A stretch of 62,981 nt of DNA, filler included, from Stramenopiles sp. TOSAG23-3 (lineage: Eukaryota): the NCBI GenBank assembly GCA_900128585.1. It is 8 parts of 8 records of this genome, joined end to end, with 100 filler letters (N's around TTAATTAATTAA, not from the genome) between each part and the next. Parts side by side here need not be neighbours in the genome. Positions count along the whole stretch, not along the records: positions 46,135 to 57,496 come from LT642742.1; positions 57,597 to 59,325 come from LT645477.1; positions 59,426 to 61,153 come from LT645478.1; positions 61,254 to 62,981 come from LT645479.1; 4 more parts are not named here. One strand, 5' to 3'. The translations under genes and the position numbers were made by a program. The notes under the pieces were generated by a model. The model saw nothing but the letters and a program-made list of their open reading frames with translations, was not told where the DNA came from and did no database searches. Shown in pieces: positions 52,313 through 62,542 of this stretch. How positions within the stretch are numbered: the first letter of the stretch is position 1; every line of letters starts with the position of its first letter.

Positions 52313-54577
52313 TCAGACCTCCCTGGTTACATACACTAAACTAAAATGGTTGCCTCTTGATCGGCAAACGCCACTCAAAACAACTTTTCTTTCATGAAAG
52401 AAAGTATAAACAACGTTCTTCTCCTTTTCATCCTCTAGACCAGCAAGTGACAAAAGTTGTGATGTGCTATTCATTATTTGGCATATGGAACTATCCTCTA
52501 CCAAACTAACTTCACCGAAAAAGTCACGATTTTCCATATATACTTGCTTTGTTCTTAACCACACCCCGATAGATAAACTTTCAAATATATGTCCAGATTT
52601 ATTTTTGAAATATTTCCTATTCTTTACGAGATAATTTGCATTACTATAAGATAATATATATTGATCAGCATGAGTGCGCAGACTTCGAGCATTAGTTTCT
52701 TTGTTGAGGGTAGGTCCAATAAATACTGACTTTTGTGTAGAATACTCCTCCAGTTTCTCGGTTAATGAATGGATATCAACAATTATGTCATCTGTGATCA
52801 CGTATAAAAACGCAAACGTTCCAACTTGTTTAATAATTTGTTCCATTCCCCACAATGTAACATATGGGGTGTATGAGTGCTGTCCTGACAAGAGCATATC
52901 TGCATTGTTACATTTTTTCGAGGTGACATTTCCATTTCCGCTTTCGTTGGTCAACAAAAATCGTATTATAATACGGTCATGTTTTCCTGTAGTTTTCCCC
53001 CAAGTATGTCTGATAAATTTTCTTTGCTCAATATTTCTTGAGGGTGATTTCACAAGCATTACTAACATGATTCCTACAGGAGTTTTTTTTATGGGACCAA
53101 TACCAGGGGGTTTCCTAGAAAGAAAAGAAATTGAAGCCACTTCGGTGGTTAAATTCAAATTTGTCGACAATGCACGACTGCCTCTATCTTCTTTTATGTC
53201 ATAATTTGTTTTGATGGATACAGATCGACATATCTGGCATGCCAATGAATTTATGTTACTGTTGAGTAAACGGCAGAAGTGGGCCCTGGGGGCTTCCATT
53301 CTCCACCGGTGCAGTTCATCGTACATAGAATCATTTGCATGGTAGACTTTAATGGCTCTTGCTAATTGAGCAATGGAATAATAGTCATCGACATGGATAA
53401 ATGAGTTTGGTGACGGGGCATACTGCTCTACCACTTTTCTTCCAATCCCACTAAATATCGGCACAGTTCCTGCTATGAAAGCATCATATAATTTTTCGCT
53501 AATTAAAGCACCATGAAAATATCCTTGAAAAGCTAGTGTAAACTTAAATTTTTTCAGAACAATAACTTTCTCTTGCCAGTAAGGGTAGGACCCCTTCTCA
53601 AAAGGCCAAGGCCTATTATTCAAACACTTGCCAAAACAAGCAATTTCTACATAGGACATTAAATCTCGTACGACACGGTCGCGTTTTTCTCTGCAATTCC
53701 GACTAATATAGGAAACTGCTGTGGTACTTGCAACAAAGGAAGTTGCTGTAATGCCCCGAAAGTACATATTAATAGAACATGCGCCCCAGATGTGGAAACG
53801 ATATAAATTAAAAGGTATGTCAGCCGAATCAGAATCATAAGTGGATATGAAATCCAGACTTTGAAGCAACCTCCTATTTGACCATATATCTGGTCGACCA
53901 CCAAAAGGATCAAGAATATCCTCTTCGCTAAAGCCTATCCATATGTTTCGTTTCACTGATTTACTTTTGCCACCGCAAGAGGAGTTGTAAGGAATCTTCC
54001 CTGACAATTTTCCATAGGACCAGTCCAAAGGGAACAGAAACGCATCGTATCGCTGTGCCATTTTCTCCCAAAAAGTACAGTGCCTGGACAGCAGCTTTGC
54101 CTTGTAAGATAATTTTGGAAATTCATATTTACATTTCACGGGGCAATTGCCTAACTGCATTTCGGAGAACAGCTTTTTTACGTAAGGAACATATGATGGC
54201 ACAAAAATAGATACTTCAAGATTCCTATGAACGCTCCTAATTGTTTCATCCCGGTTTCTGTTGCAAACTTTACAGGAAAAATAACAGTGGGCCTTGTTTA
54301 AGGCGTCCAGCTTACGTGCACTCTTTCTAATACCGTCCCATTGCTCGGAAGTAGAAGTATATGCAAAATTGTGACAAGGGTACTTCTGTAGATCATTTAT
54401 AACTTCAGTAAAATATTGATGGGGTTCTGGTAACGCCCCGTTACTGTCAAGATTATTTAATTGTTTTCTGAAGAAAGGTAGAGGGCAGTACGCATTCCCG
54501 ATATCGAAAGCACTTTGACGCTTGCCTGAACATGACGTATGACATAAAATGAAAATATAAACCCACAAACACTTCAT
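52313..54577 (-). CDS. Alpha-1,3-fucosyltransferase (GT10) fused to a GT31 beta-1,3-galactosyltransferase-like domain
   Basis: Signal/anchor; FKFTLAFQG..ISEKLYDAFIAGTVPI and SFIHVDDY (GT10); VKSPSRNIEQRKFIRHTWG and ITDDIIVD (GT31-like). Confidence 0.85.
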   Translation of the reverse strand: MKCLWVYIFILCHTSCSGKRQSAFDIGNAYCPLPFFRKQLNNLDSNGALPEPHQYFTEVINDLQKYPCHNFAYTSTSEQWDGIRKSARKLDALNKAHCYFSCKVCNRNRDETIRSVHRNLEVSIFVPSYVPYVKKLFSEMQLGNCPVKCKYEFPKLSYKAKLLSRHCTFWEKMAQRYDAFLFPLDWSYGKLSGKIPYNSSCGGKSKSVKRNIWIGFSEEDILDPFGGRPDIWSNRRLLQSLDFISTYDSDSADIPFNLYRFHIWGACSINMYFRGITATSFVASTTAVSYISRNCREKRDRVVRDLMSYVEIACFGKCLNNRPWPFEKGSYPYWQEKVIVLKKFKFTLAFQGYFHGALISEKLYDAFIAGTVPIFSGIGRKVVEQYAPSPNSFIHVDDYYSIAQLARAIKVYHANDSMYDELHRWRMEAPRAHFCRLLNSNINSLACQICRSVSIKTNYDIKEDRGSRALSTNLNLTTEVASISFLSRKPPGIGPIKKTPVGIMLVMLVKSPSRNIEQRKFIRHTWGKTTGKHDRIIIRFLLTNESGNGNVTSKKCNNADMLLSGQHSYTPYVTLWGMEQIIKQVGTFAFLYVITDDIIVDIHSLTEKLEEYSTQKSVFIGPTLNKETNARSLRTHADQYILSYSNANYLVKNRKYFKNKSGHIFESLSIGVWLRTKQVYMENRDFFGEVSLVEDSSICQIMNSTSQLLSLAGLEDEKEKNVVYTFFHERKVVLSGVCRSRGNHFSLVYVTREV

Positions 54578-54748
54578 GTAATTTAGACATTGTGATAATA
54601 AATTTATCTCTCGCCAGTTCCAGAATTTATCTGGGTGTTTTGATTACAGAAAACCAGTCAGAAAACTAGTAGGGCCTGAAACGAATGTTAAACAGCTTTT
54701 TGCAAGACTTACTGATGTAAATAATTATTACCAGTACCAAGGCACAGA

Positions 54749-54822
54749 GTACCGTACCCGGTTCCAGTATAATACCTGTACCGGTACAGGTAGGCACAGG
54801 TATAATACCTGTACACCGGTAT
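54749..54822. repeat. GTAC/TACC-rich palindromic cluster
   Basis: Perfect palindrome TACCTGTACCGGTACAGGTA at 54773-54792 and hairpin ACAGGTA-TAA-TACCTGT at 54796-54812. Confidence 0.85.
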
Positions 54823-57496
54823 TAGCAGTTAGTAGTAGAGGCTGGGCAGCAATGTATTAAATAATAATTTGACGAATCATCGTCGTGTATAGATCTCTGT
54901 TCTGTTGGCATATTATTTTAATTTAATTAAGCCTCCTAATCGGGCGAGAAGCGGGTTGTCCCGCCAACCAAGGGCACGTTCCAGTAGCGAGAACCCATAA
55001 TACATTTTTACTGAACCTATTCTAAACTCGAATATATGTGGCATGGTATCAAGAAGACTGTACATTACAAGTCGAATGTGAATCTATTTTTGTTAGTGTG
55101 TACAATAATATAATGGGGTAAATTGTACTTTTAAAATGAGTCAATCATTTATTTTGATTGGCTAACACCTGCTGATTTAAGGGGGGGGGTCCTCGGTCGG
55201 TCGAAATATGCAGCGTTCGTGGTTTTAAGGAACATATTAGTTATATTATAATGAAGAATCACAACTGTCAAGTTGTGGATGATACCTTAGAGACGTCGAA
55301 TACCTTAAACGAACTATTAGAACGAGTGAGGACCTCTACTAATTGTGAAGCAATGAACAAGAAGAAGAGCGACGACAACGACGATAGAAGAATAAAGGGA
55401 GTCGATTCAACGAACCACACTTGTAGAACACACACTTCACTACGTTCAGAGCAATAAGTGGTGGAAAACAAGAGAACGAGTTCGTAGTATCAAGTAAAAA
55501 CACCAGCTTACATTTCTTTATATAATGTTTTATATTGCTAAATAGGAATATATTGTACTTATTACTCCTTACATGACGGTTTTGTTTTATGGTCGATAAT
55601 GCTACTGGCCAAACATCGGTGGCATCGACTCGCCCTCTCGGTCGGTCAATGATATACCTTATGTTTGCTAACGCTCCAGCCTAAACTCCTGCTATATATT
55701 CTATCCTTCAAAAAAAAATTTCAACGTTTGGTTTTCTCTTTTTCTTTGATGGTAGATTATATAAATCTAAGCCACTGTTTAGTTCGATAATTTGGAAACT
55801 CCAGTGCTTCCACGCTTTTCCGTTGGGATCGTGGGCTACCGGCTTCGTCTGGCCGGTTTACTGTATTTTCCTACTATCGTGTTACACCACTTACCAGGGG
55901 CGTCACTAAGCCCACTACGTATATATGGACCTCCCTGCATGGTGTCTTCGTTTACTCACCAACCTTTTTCTGGTTCTCTGTCACTCATCCATGGGACTTT
56001 CTCTGGGTGTGCCCGCTATCCTCTGTGTGCCGCACACCGGCTTGTTCTCTTGGGCACTTGCTTTGCTTCTTTGGGGATAAACCTCTCCCCTCTTTTTCTT
56101 GTTCCTCCTTTTCTCTATAATTTGTCGGCTACACTTCGTTTTCGCCTCCTCACTTTTTCAACACTCCAAGTGTTTTCCAGCTCAGCAAGAATCAGTATGT
56201 ACTCCATACTTTCTTCTTTGTTTTCCGCTCGAGTTCTTGCCATTTCTCATATTGATGCATCGGCGATCTACACTCATAGGTGCGCCCACGTCTTCTGCTA
56301 TCGCGTCCTCCTAACTTATTTATTTTTCTCTGCTCATTGATTCTCCTTGGTTAAGGTATTGTACGCCAATACCTATCTTGATTTCTGTACTTATTAACGT
56401 CGCTTCATCCACAGACTAGATTCAATATTTTCAAGTACAAATTTACAGTATTAGTATTTTTGTATTTTTATGCCTATAAAATATGTTTTAGGAGTTTGAA
56501 ATTGGACTTTTTACTAGTAAAATCTTAGTATACTAAGGCTACAATGAAAACAGTATTGCATTAACATCAACACACGCAAAACGCAAAAATAAAGGTGATT
56601 TTAATAACATCGTTTTGTATGCTGCGATAATGTTGTAACAAATTCCGATGCTATCTACTTGCTAGCGACTATGAACGGCAGATTTTGTTTTCGATTTCCT
56701 AATTTTTTTTCATTTTTCAATGGTATGTGGATGCTACACAAAAACTGAAGAAAAAATATTTTCACCAGCAGATCCAGAGTGTATTTTTTCATGAGTCCTT
56801 AAAAATAATTGTAAAATTATGTTTTAAGCCTAGATTTAGTAGTATAAGGAATAAGTACCTATGGTCAGGATTTTTTTGCCTATTTTAATGGTAGTAGGAT
56901 GCTATTTTTTCAATGTTATTTCTATAGTAATTGCCAGTTTGCTACTCTCCTGTTTCCTAATACTATGTCTATTGTAAAAAGAAAATCTCAAGAATAGATC
57001 ACACACGTCCCTGACGTCTTCTCTTCAGAATGTCCACCAATGTAGATAATAATAGTTGAGTAGTTCTCTCGGCACTAGAGATACGGTTTGTAATATTAGT
57101 AACAAATTGTCAATTCAATTTACATACTTCGTCATTTCAACCTTCGAATTTGTTGTTTGTTTTCATTGTAAGCGATCATTTTATAACAGATGGTGTACGA
57201 TGTATATGCACCGCATATATAGAGTTATCATTGAGTATTGCAATATTTTATGTTGTTGGTCAATCTCAAGCACCGATAACTACTTCATTACTCCTAAATT
57301 CAAAAAATCACTACACCTCCCCCTGAAAAAAAAGCACACATACACCCCAAAAGCCCCAAGGGCCCGAGGCGAAACATACAGTAGAAACAGTTGTTTACGA
57401 GCAGATGAATTTTTTTATTTTTTTTTTTTTTTTTGATTATTTTTTGATTTTATAACATGAAAATAGCACTGACCTAAATTGATAGCGTTGTGCAGC

Positions 57497-57596
57497 NNNN
57501 NNNNNNNNNNNNNNNNNNNNNNNNNNNNNNNNNNNNNNNNTTAATTAATTAANNNNNNNNNNNNNNNNNNNNNNNNNNNNNNNNNNNNNNNNNNNN
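57497..57596. other. Artificial contig linker
   Basis: N44-TTAATTAATTAA-N44. Confidence 0.98.
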
Positions 57597-57723
57597 AGAA
57601 GAAAAAGAAGAAAGAAGAAAGAAGAAAGAAGAAGAAGAAGAAGAAGAAGGAGAAGAAGAAGAAGAAGAAGAAGAAAGAAGAAAGAAGAAGAAGAAGAAGA
57701 AGAAGGAGAAGGAGAAGAAGAAG
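57597..57723. repeat. (GAA)n microsatellite at contig start
   Basis: Seen directly. Confidence 0.95.
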
Positions 57724-58214
57724 ACGTAGATAGACGACTAATATAATAAATACTAACTGATAATAATAAAAAATAAAAAAAAAATAATAATAAAAATTAT
57801 TATTATTATTATTATATCGATCATCTCATAAAAAAATTACAAAAATTCCAATCTGTGTATTACTAGTAAAATTCGTTTTCTCAGCGGTTATTCTCTCTCA
57901 TCACAAGTTCGATTAAATTGTAACTAAACACGAACATATTCGGAGTTTAACATGTGCGTATACTGCTCTTAACCCGTCTATTACGCTCAAGCAACAGTTT
58001 TTGCTTTTCTTGGGATACTAGGCGGAGTAGCCGCAGAAAGTTTTCAACAGTTCGCTGATCCGCACCAAGGAAGGCGGGTTTTGCTTTTTTAGCAACAGGT
58101 TGGAGAGAGTTCTCCGCGGCTTGGCTTCATAACTACATTCACGGTTAAACACCGAGCAGTACGAAGCTTTTATATTCCTAACAGAGTAAAAAATTTGGGA
58201 TCAACGGGGACGAT

Positions 58215-58916
58215 ATGGTCTCGATCATGGGTGGGACGGTAAACGATTCGCCGCGAATCAATTGTATGGTAAAATTGTTCACAGAAAAATTGCCCATAGT
58301 GTGCAAAGTAGCGGTGCGGCAGAGCGAAGCATCTGTGCAGCACGCAGCCCTGATCCTTCATGCTGATCAAGGTACCATTTCCCTCAACTTAGTCTCCAGC
58401 ACGGACCAATTTTACCAATTGCAATGGTCTATGGAAAACGTAGAAGAATTCAAAGAAGGTTGCGGCTTTAGCAATTGTGATAACGAGGTGTTTGTTCGAA
58501 ATTTTTTACAAGCAGTTGAAGTTGCGCAAGTTCAATTTGAAATTAGGAACGGGCAGCCAGTGTCGGCCAGCGTACTGCCATTGCTGAACACTCGGGAATG
58601 TAAGATTCGTCTTAAATTTGTGAAAGAAGCGAGCTTTTACGAGATGCTCATTTGTATATGCTTCAAAAGAAAATCTGCAGATTTTTTGTGTACGGCTGCT
58701 AGGAAAGGGAGCCAACCGAAACAAGATCCCGGGCAGGAAAGAACTGAAACCCTGCCGTCTGCCGCCGGCGCTGGCCTTCCTCTGCCAGCTCCCCGAAGGA
58801 ACCAGAAGGGTCCTGCAATTGGTGTGATACTTCCATCGCATAAGCCGCTAAGGTACAAAAAAAAACGAAAGAAAAATAGGAATTCTTCACATGATGGTGA
58901 AAAGAAAGCAAAATAG
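58215..58916 (+). CDS. Hypothetical nuclear protein, possibly with an XRCC4/XLF/PAXX-like head
   Basis: 233-aa ORF with a beta-rich N-terminal region, low-complexity tail and NLS-like KKKRKK; fold call is only a resemblance. Confidence 0.6.
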   Translation: MVSIMGGTVNDSPRINCMVKLFTEKLPIVCKVAVRQSEASVQHAALILHADQGTISLNLVSSTDQFYQLQWSMENVEEFKEGCGFSNCDNEVFVRNFLQAVEVAQVQFEIRNGQPVSASVLPLLNTRECKIRLKFVKEASFYEMLICICFKRKSADFLCTAARKGSQPKQDPGQERTETLPSAAGAGLPLPAPRRNQKGPAIGVILPSHKPLRYKKKRKKNRNSSHDGEKKAK

Positions 58917-59325
58917 TAGAGCAAGCGTGCTGTGAAATTACAGTACTCGTATTCGTCTATGATAGTCATATTGTTATGATAACGACCTAAAAAACAGCTT
59001 TTATATTTTATTTTATTTAAATATTATTTGGTACGAAGAAGACCGTCCGTCCTAAAATATTTATAAAAAAATAATAAGTAAAAAATAGATTCCAGCAGTT
59101 AGGTGTATAAATAGGGTATCTGAACCACTGGTAGTACGTGGACTCCTGGTATTAATAGTCTTCTACGAGGTAATAATGTAAAAGGCAATATTAATTATTA
59201 TTGCTCATCGTATGACGTTATTTTATTTGGCTTAAATTACTACGAGTACACTGGTCGCTGCGTGGGCTGCATCACTTTTGATCCTATTGATCGCAAGGAT
59301 GATTCGCTCCCGCATCGCTTCCGCT

Positions 59326-59425
59326 NNNNNNNNNNNNNNNNNNNNNNNNNNNNNNNNNNNNNNNNNNNNTTAATTAATTAANNNNNNNNNNNNNNNNNNN
59401 NNNNNNNNNNNNNNNNNNNNNNNNN
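59326..59425. other. Artificial contig linker
   Basis: N44-TTAATTAATTAA-N44. Confidence 0.98.
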
Positions 59426-60700
59426 CTGGTGAAGCAATGCGACGCATACCTGGGATGTTGCAACCTTTTGCGGGTCATGCAGTCGATGAAGGGAAGCTAT
59501 CGTTCAGACGATCCCTTCTTTATTTTGTTAACGGATATGTCTGACCCGGCCCGTATGCGGGCGTTGCGGGATGCCCTCATTACTCCCCAGATTGACAGAA
59601 TCCGGCTCGCTTTGGACGTCTGCCAAACGTGCCGTATCGAAGAAGAGCCGGTGCACGCCGCGTGGGGGCTAGCACTTGTCCGTATGGGCGAATTTCGCGA
59701 GGCTCGAGTGAAATTTGCGGCTTGCTTGCCGAAACTTCCGAGCGATCGGGTGAACATGTTCGTGCGAGAAATTGTGTCTATTATAAAGAACAATGCTTTG
59801 CACCCATGCGGGATGGAAGATATAACCGACCGCCATGTCGATTCTTCCTTCATTGTGATGAGCGAGGGTATTTGGTCCTCGAAACCCATGGACACGCTGG
59901 CCTTAACAAACAAACAAATGGATTCCTCCGCGTCGAAAAAGGAAGGTAACCTTTCCCCCGAACTTCGCTCTGAGTGCCTGCACTATATAGAGACATACAG
60001 TGTCGCTCACGGAGGATCAAAAGACTTGGTGAAGTTTTACATTTCACAAAGTCTCGTGAAAGAAGCCTGCCTATGTGTAGTGGCCCAGCGTCTTCCAAAA
60101 TCAATTTTTGTGGAAATTGTAGTTCGTTCCAGCGTCGATAAAGGGCACACTTCAGAGTTGATCAAAATATTGGAACGAATAGATGCATCGCTGACAGTAG
60201 TCAGGCCTTACTTGCAGGGGATGTGCCAGTGGTTGCATCGCCAGGAAAGGCACCATTTGCTGCTGGTGACCCAGGTGCTAATGAAGGACCACATTGGGGC
60301 GGCATTTACATGCGAGCGCCTCTTCGATGCGGCCCACGGCTTCGATGAACGCATGGAGCACCTTCGCCAGGTGAATGATCATTTCACTGCCGCATTGTCA
60401 CAGTCGGCGAAGGTGCGAATTTCGGCGCTATCATTAGAGTGTGCGAAAGAAATTGGTATCAAGGATTTTGCAAGCAACGAGACCGCAATTCGAAGGAGAA
60501 TCCTATTAGTGGGGCTACAAATGGCCGTACTGAAACTGCTCCCTGCCACACGGACACCAGCATTGATCGCGGTTGGAGTTGCGGCGGAAAGCGAGGACGA
60601 ACGCCAGAGCCAGAAGGAGAGGCAAGATGAGACGCTGGGTATGGTAAAAAAAATCGATCCAAGGCTTTGGACAGAATTAAGCCGAGCGCTTGGTAGGTAA
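59426..60700 (+). CDS. ZFYVE26: Spastizin/ZFYVE26-like C-terminal region, 5'-partial
   Basis: LRDALI..DRIRLALDVCQTCRIEEEPVHAAWGLALVRMGEFREARVKFAACL and QVLMKDHIGAAFTC resemble the ZFYVE26 C-terminus. Confidence 0.75.
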   Translation: MVKQCDAYLGCCNLLRVMQSMKGSYRSDDPFFILLTDMSDPARMRALRDALITPQIDRIRLALDVCQTCRIEEEPVHAAWGLALVRMGEFREARVKFAACLPKLPSDRVNMFVREIVSIIKNNALHPCGMEDITDRHVDSSFIVMSEGIWSSKPMDTLALTNKQMDSSASKKEGNLSPELRSECLHYIETYSVAHGGSKDLVKFYISQSLVKEACLCVVAQRLPKSIFVEIVVRSSVDKGHTSELIKILERIDASLTVVRPYLQGMCQWLHRQERHHLLLVTQVLMKDHIGAAFTCERLFDAAHGFDERMEHLRQVNDHFTAALSQSAKVRISALSLECAKEIGIKDFASNETAIRRRILLVGLQMAVLKLLPATRTPALIAVGVAAESEDERQSQKERQDETLGMVKKIDPRLWTELSRALGR

Positions 60701-60736
60701 AATGGGTTTAATCTATTACTTGTAAATTTACAAGTT

Positions 60737-60756
60737 AAACCAAGAAAATTGGCTGT
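60737..60756 (+). repeat. 3'-flank element fixed end
   Basis: AAACCAAGAAAATTGGCTGT about 37 nt after the stop. Confidence 0.85.
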
Positions 60757-61153
60757 CGTTTTTATTATATAGTGCGTCAGTCGTCTATATACTTATAAGT
60801 ATAAATAGCTTTTTTTAGATAAAATTATTATATCTCCTTTAATAAGGCAATAGCATAGAGTTAAAACACGGTTTTTATGCAGGGCCGGCAGGATCCAAAA
60901 TAATAAATACTCTATACTACTACACTAACGAACTAAGCGCCAAGGTTCTGCTGACTAACTCTTTCGTTTTGAATGAAACAACAAGAAGAAAGAAAGAAAA
61001 GTTAGAACATATTATAATAATATCAAGTTAGAAAAGGAAGAAGAATGAAAATAGTAGATCCTGCCTCGATGATTCGCACGTATTAATCGGTTTGAGAACG
61101 TTTTGTTGAGCCTTACTTAGGATTGCACATAAAAAAAGGTCAAGATAGTATCA

Positions 61154-61253
61154 NNNNNNNNNNNNNNNNNNNNNNNNNNNNNNNNNNNNNNNNNNNNTTA
61201 ATTAATTAANNNNNNNNNNNNNNNNNNNNNNNNNNNNNNNNNNNNNNNNNNNN
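61154..61253. other. Artificial contig linker
   Basis: N44-TTAATTAATTAA-N44. Confidence 0.98.
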
Positions 61254-61259
61254 ACGAGG

Positions 61260-62075
61260 ATGGAGCCTACCCGTGAGTCCAGGAAGAACCACGGCCACGC
61301 CGTCTTGGATTTCAACAAACCATGGGGAGATGTTTGGCACGCACTGAAACATTTAGGATGGAAATGGGTTCGGGGGGACTTGGTGCACGATTACTTCTAC
61401 TTGATGCCGGACGTCCCGTCGAAAAAGTGGGGAGAATTGGGCGTCAACATGTTCGAATCGCCGGAAAGCGTTGTCGCATTTTTAAAACAGGAAGACCAAG
61501 AGGGGGGCGGCGGTGGCTCTTCGTCGAGGGCAGGCTGCGACGAGAGTATTACGGCTGATGCGAAACGTTTGCTACCCGGGCTTGTCAAGGCTGTCACGGC
61601 GCTGCACGGTGGCGCGCCCCGTGCCCAACGACGGCACACCAGGCAGCACAATCTGTTTTTTGTAGCCGTATGGGATGCGTTACGGAAGAAGATTCAGGAG
61701 GAACATTCCGTAGATGTCAACGCGATTGGGGGCGTAGAGGCATTGAAGCGGTTTGCGACCAATGCGTGTTTTCAGAACGACTCGGGTGACCGGACGGTGT
61801 CCTTGGCCACGAAAAAATCTGCGAATTCCAACGCTAAGGCCAGCCGAAAGACCGGAATGGCCCGACCGGCAGGAAGGTCGAGACCAAAGCCAAAAGCGAA
61901 GAAGCAGGGCCGCCCCGGGTCGTCCTCGAAAACGGCAACAAGGTTTACGAGAGTATCCCGGCGCCCAGTTCGAAAGAGGAAGTCCGCGCTGGCGGCGTGG
62001 GAGTTTCTTGGTACACGGCCGAACCGGGGCAACACCACCCCGTTCTTGAAGCAGTTGAAAGAGAGCAAGAAGTGA
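61260..62075 (+). CDS. Hypothetical basic protein with a W..L...GW..Y..P..G...F module, possibly 5'-partial
   Basis: WGDVWHALKHLGWKWVRGDLVHDYFYLMPDV..GVNMFESPESVVAFL resembles a small domain I recall from oomycete and diatom proteins. Confidence 0.7.
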   Translation: MEPTRESRKNHGHAVLDFNKPWGDVWHALKHLGWKWVRGDLVHDYFYLMPDVPSKKWGELGVNMFESPESVVAFLKQEDQEGGGGGSSSRAGCDESITADAKRLLPGLVKAVTALHGGAPRAQRRHTRQHNLFFVAVWDALRKKIQEEHSVDVNAIGGVEALKRFATNACFQNDSGDRTVSLATKKSANSNAKASRKTGMARPAGRSRPKPKAKKQGRPGSSSKTATRFTRVSRRPVRKRKSALAAWEFLGTRPNRGNTTPFLKQLKESKK

Positions 62076-62163
62076 AGACAGGCGCCGGGTTGAGAGTATA
62101 AGTGCATTCTTCTCTTCTTGGAAATGATTTTAAAAATATTAAGTTATCTTAATTACTTATCTT

Positions 62164-62485
62164 AAAACAAGAAAATTGGCTGTTATTTATAATAAGTAAA
62201 ATTAAATTTAGCGCTTCCTATTAAGTAATTAAAATTAATGTACTGCGATCTTGAAAACAAAAAACTGGGGGCTGCTATTTTAAAGTACAAAGTAATTAAA
62301 ATGTATCGTCTTTTAACCGCGAATATGAATCTGCTCCTTGAGCACATGAAAAGTTTTACTTTCCTTCGTATCTCTGCTCCAAAAAACTGCGGTTTTACTA
62401 ACTTTACTATATATTGTCACTTAGTCTAGACTATCATTCTCTGATGAACTCCAATCATAACCCGAATGGATATTTGGATTTCCGA
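62164..62485 (+). mobile_element. Composite long copy of the 3'-flank element
   Basis: Fixed end at 62164, restart near 62253, then TGTCACTTAGTCTAGACTATCATTCTCTGAT..CGAATGGATATTT matching 51082-51152. Confidence 0.85.
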
Positions 62486-62542
62486 ATATAAAAGATGATA
62501 TTAAATAATTCTTTAAAAACAAAAAACTAATTAGGACCAACC

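Noticed and set aside
55792-56340. 182-aa plus-strand hydrophobic ORF
   Set aside because: TTG start and pyrimidine-rich composition; better explained as the antisense of a decayed purine-rich relic
11462-61253. Regularly spaced TTAATTAATTAA flanked by Ns as a biological repeat, and gene clusters spanning it
   Set aside because: Identical 100-nt linkers join contigs sorted by length, so adjacency across them is meaningless
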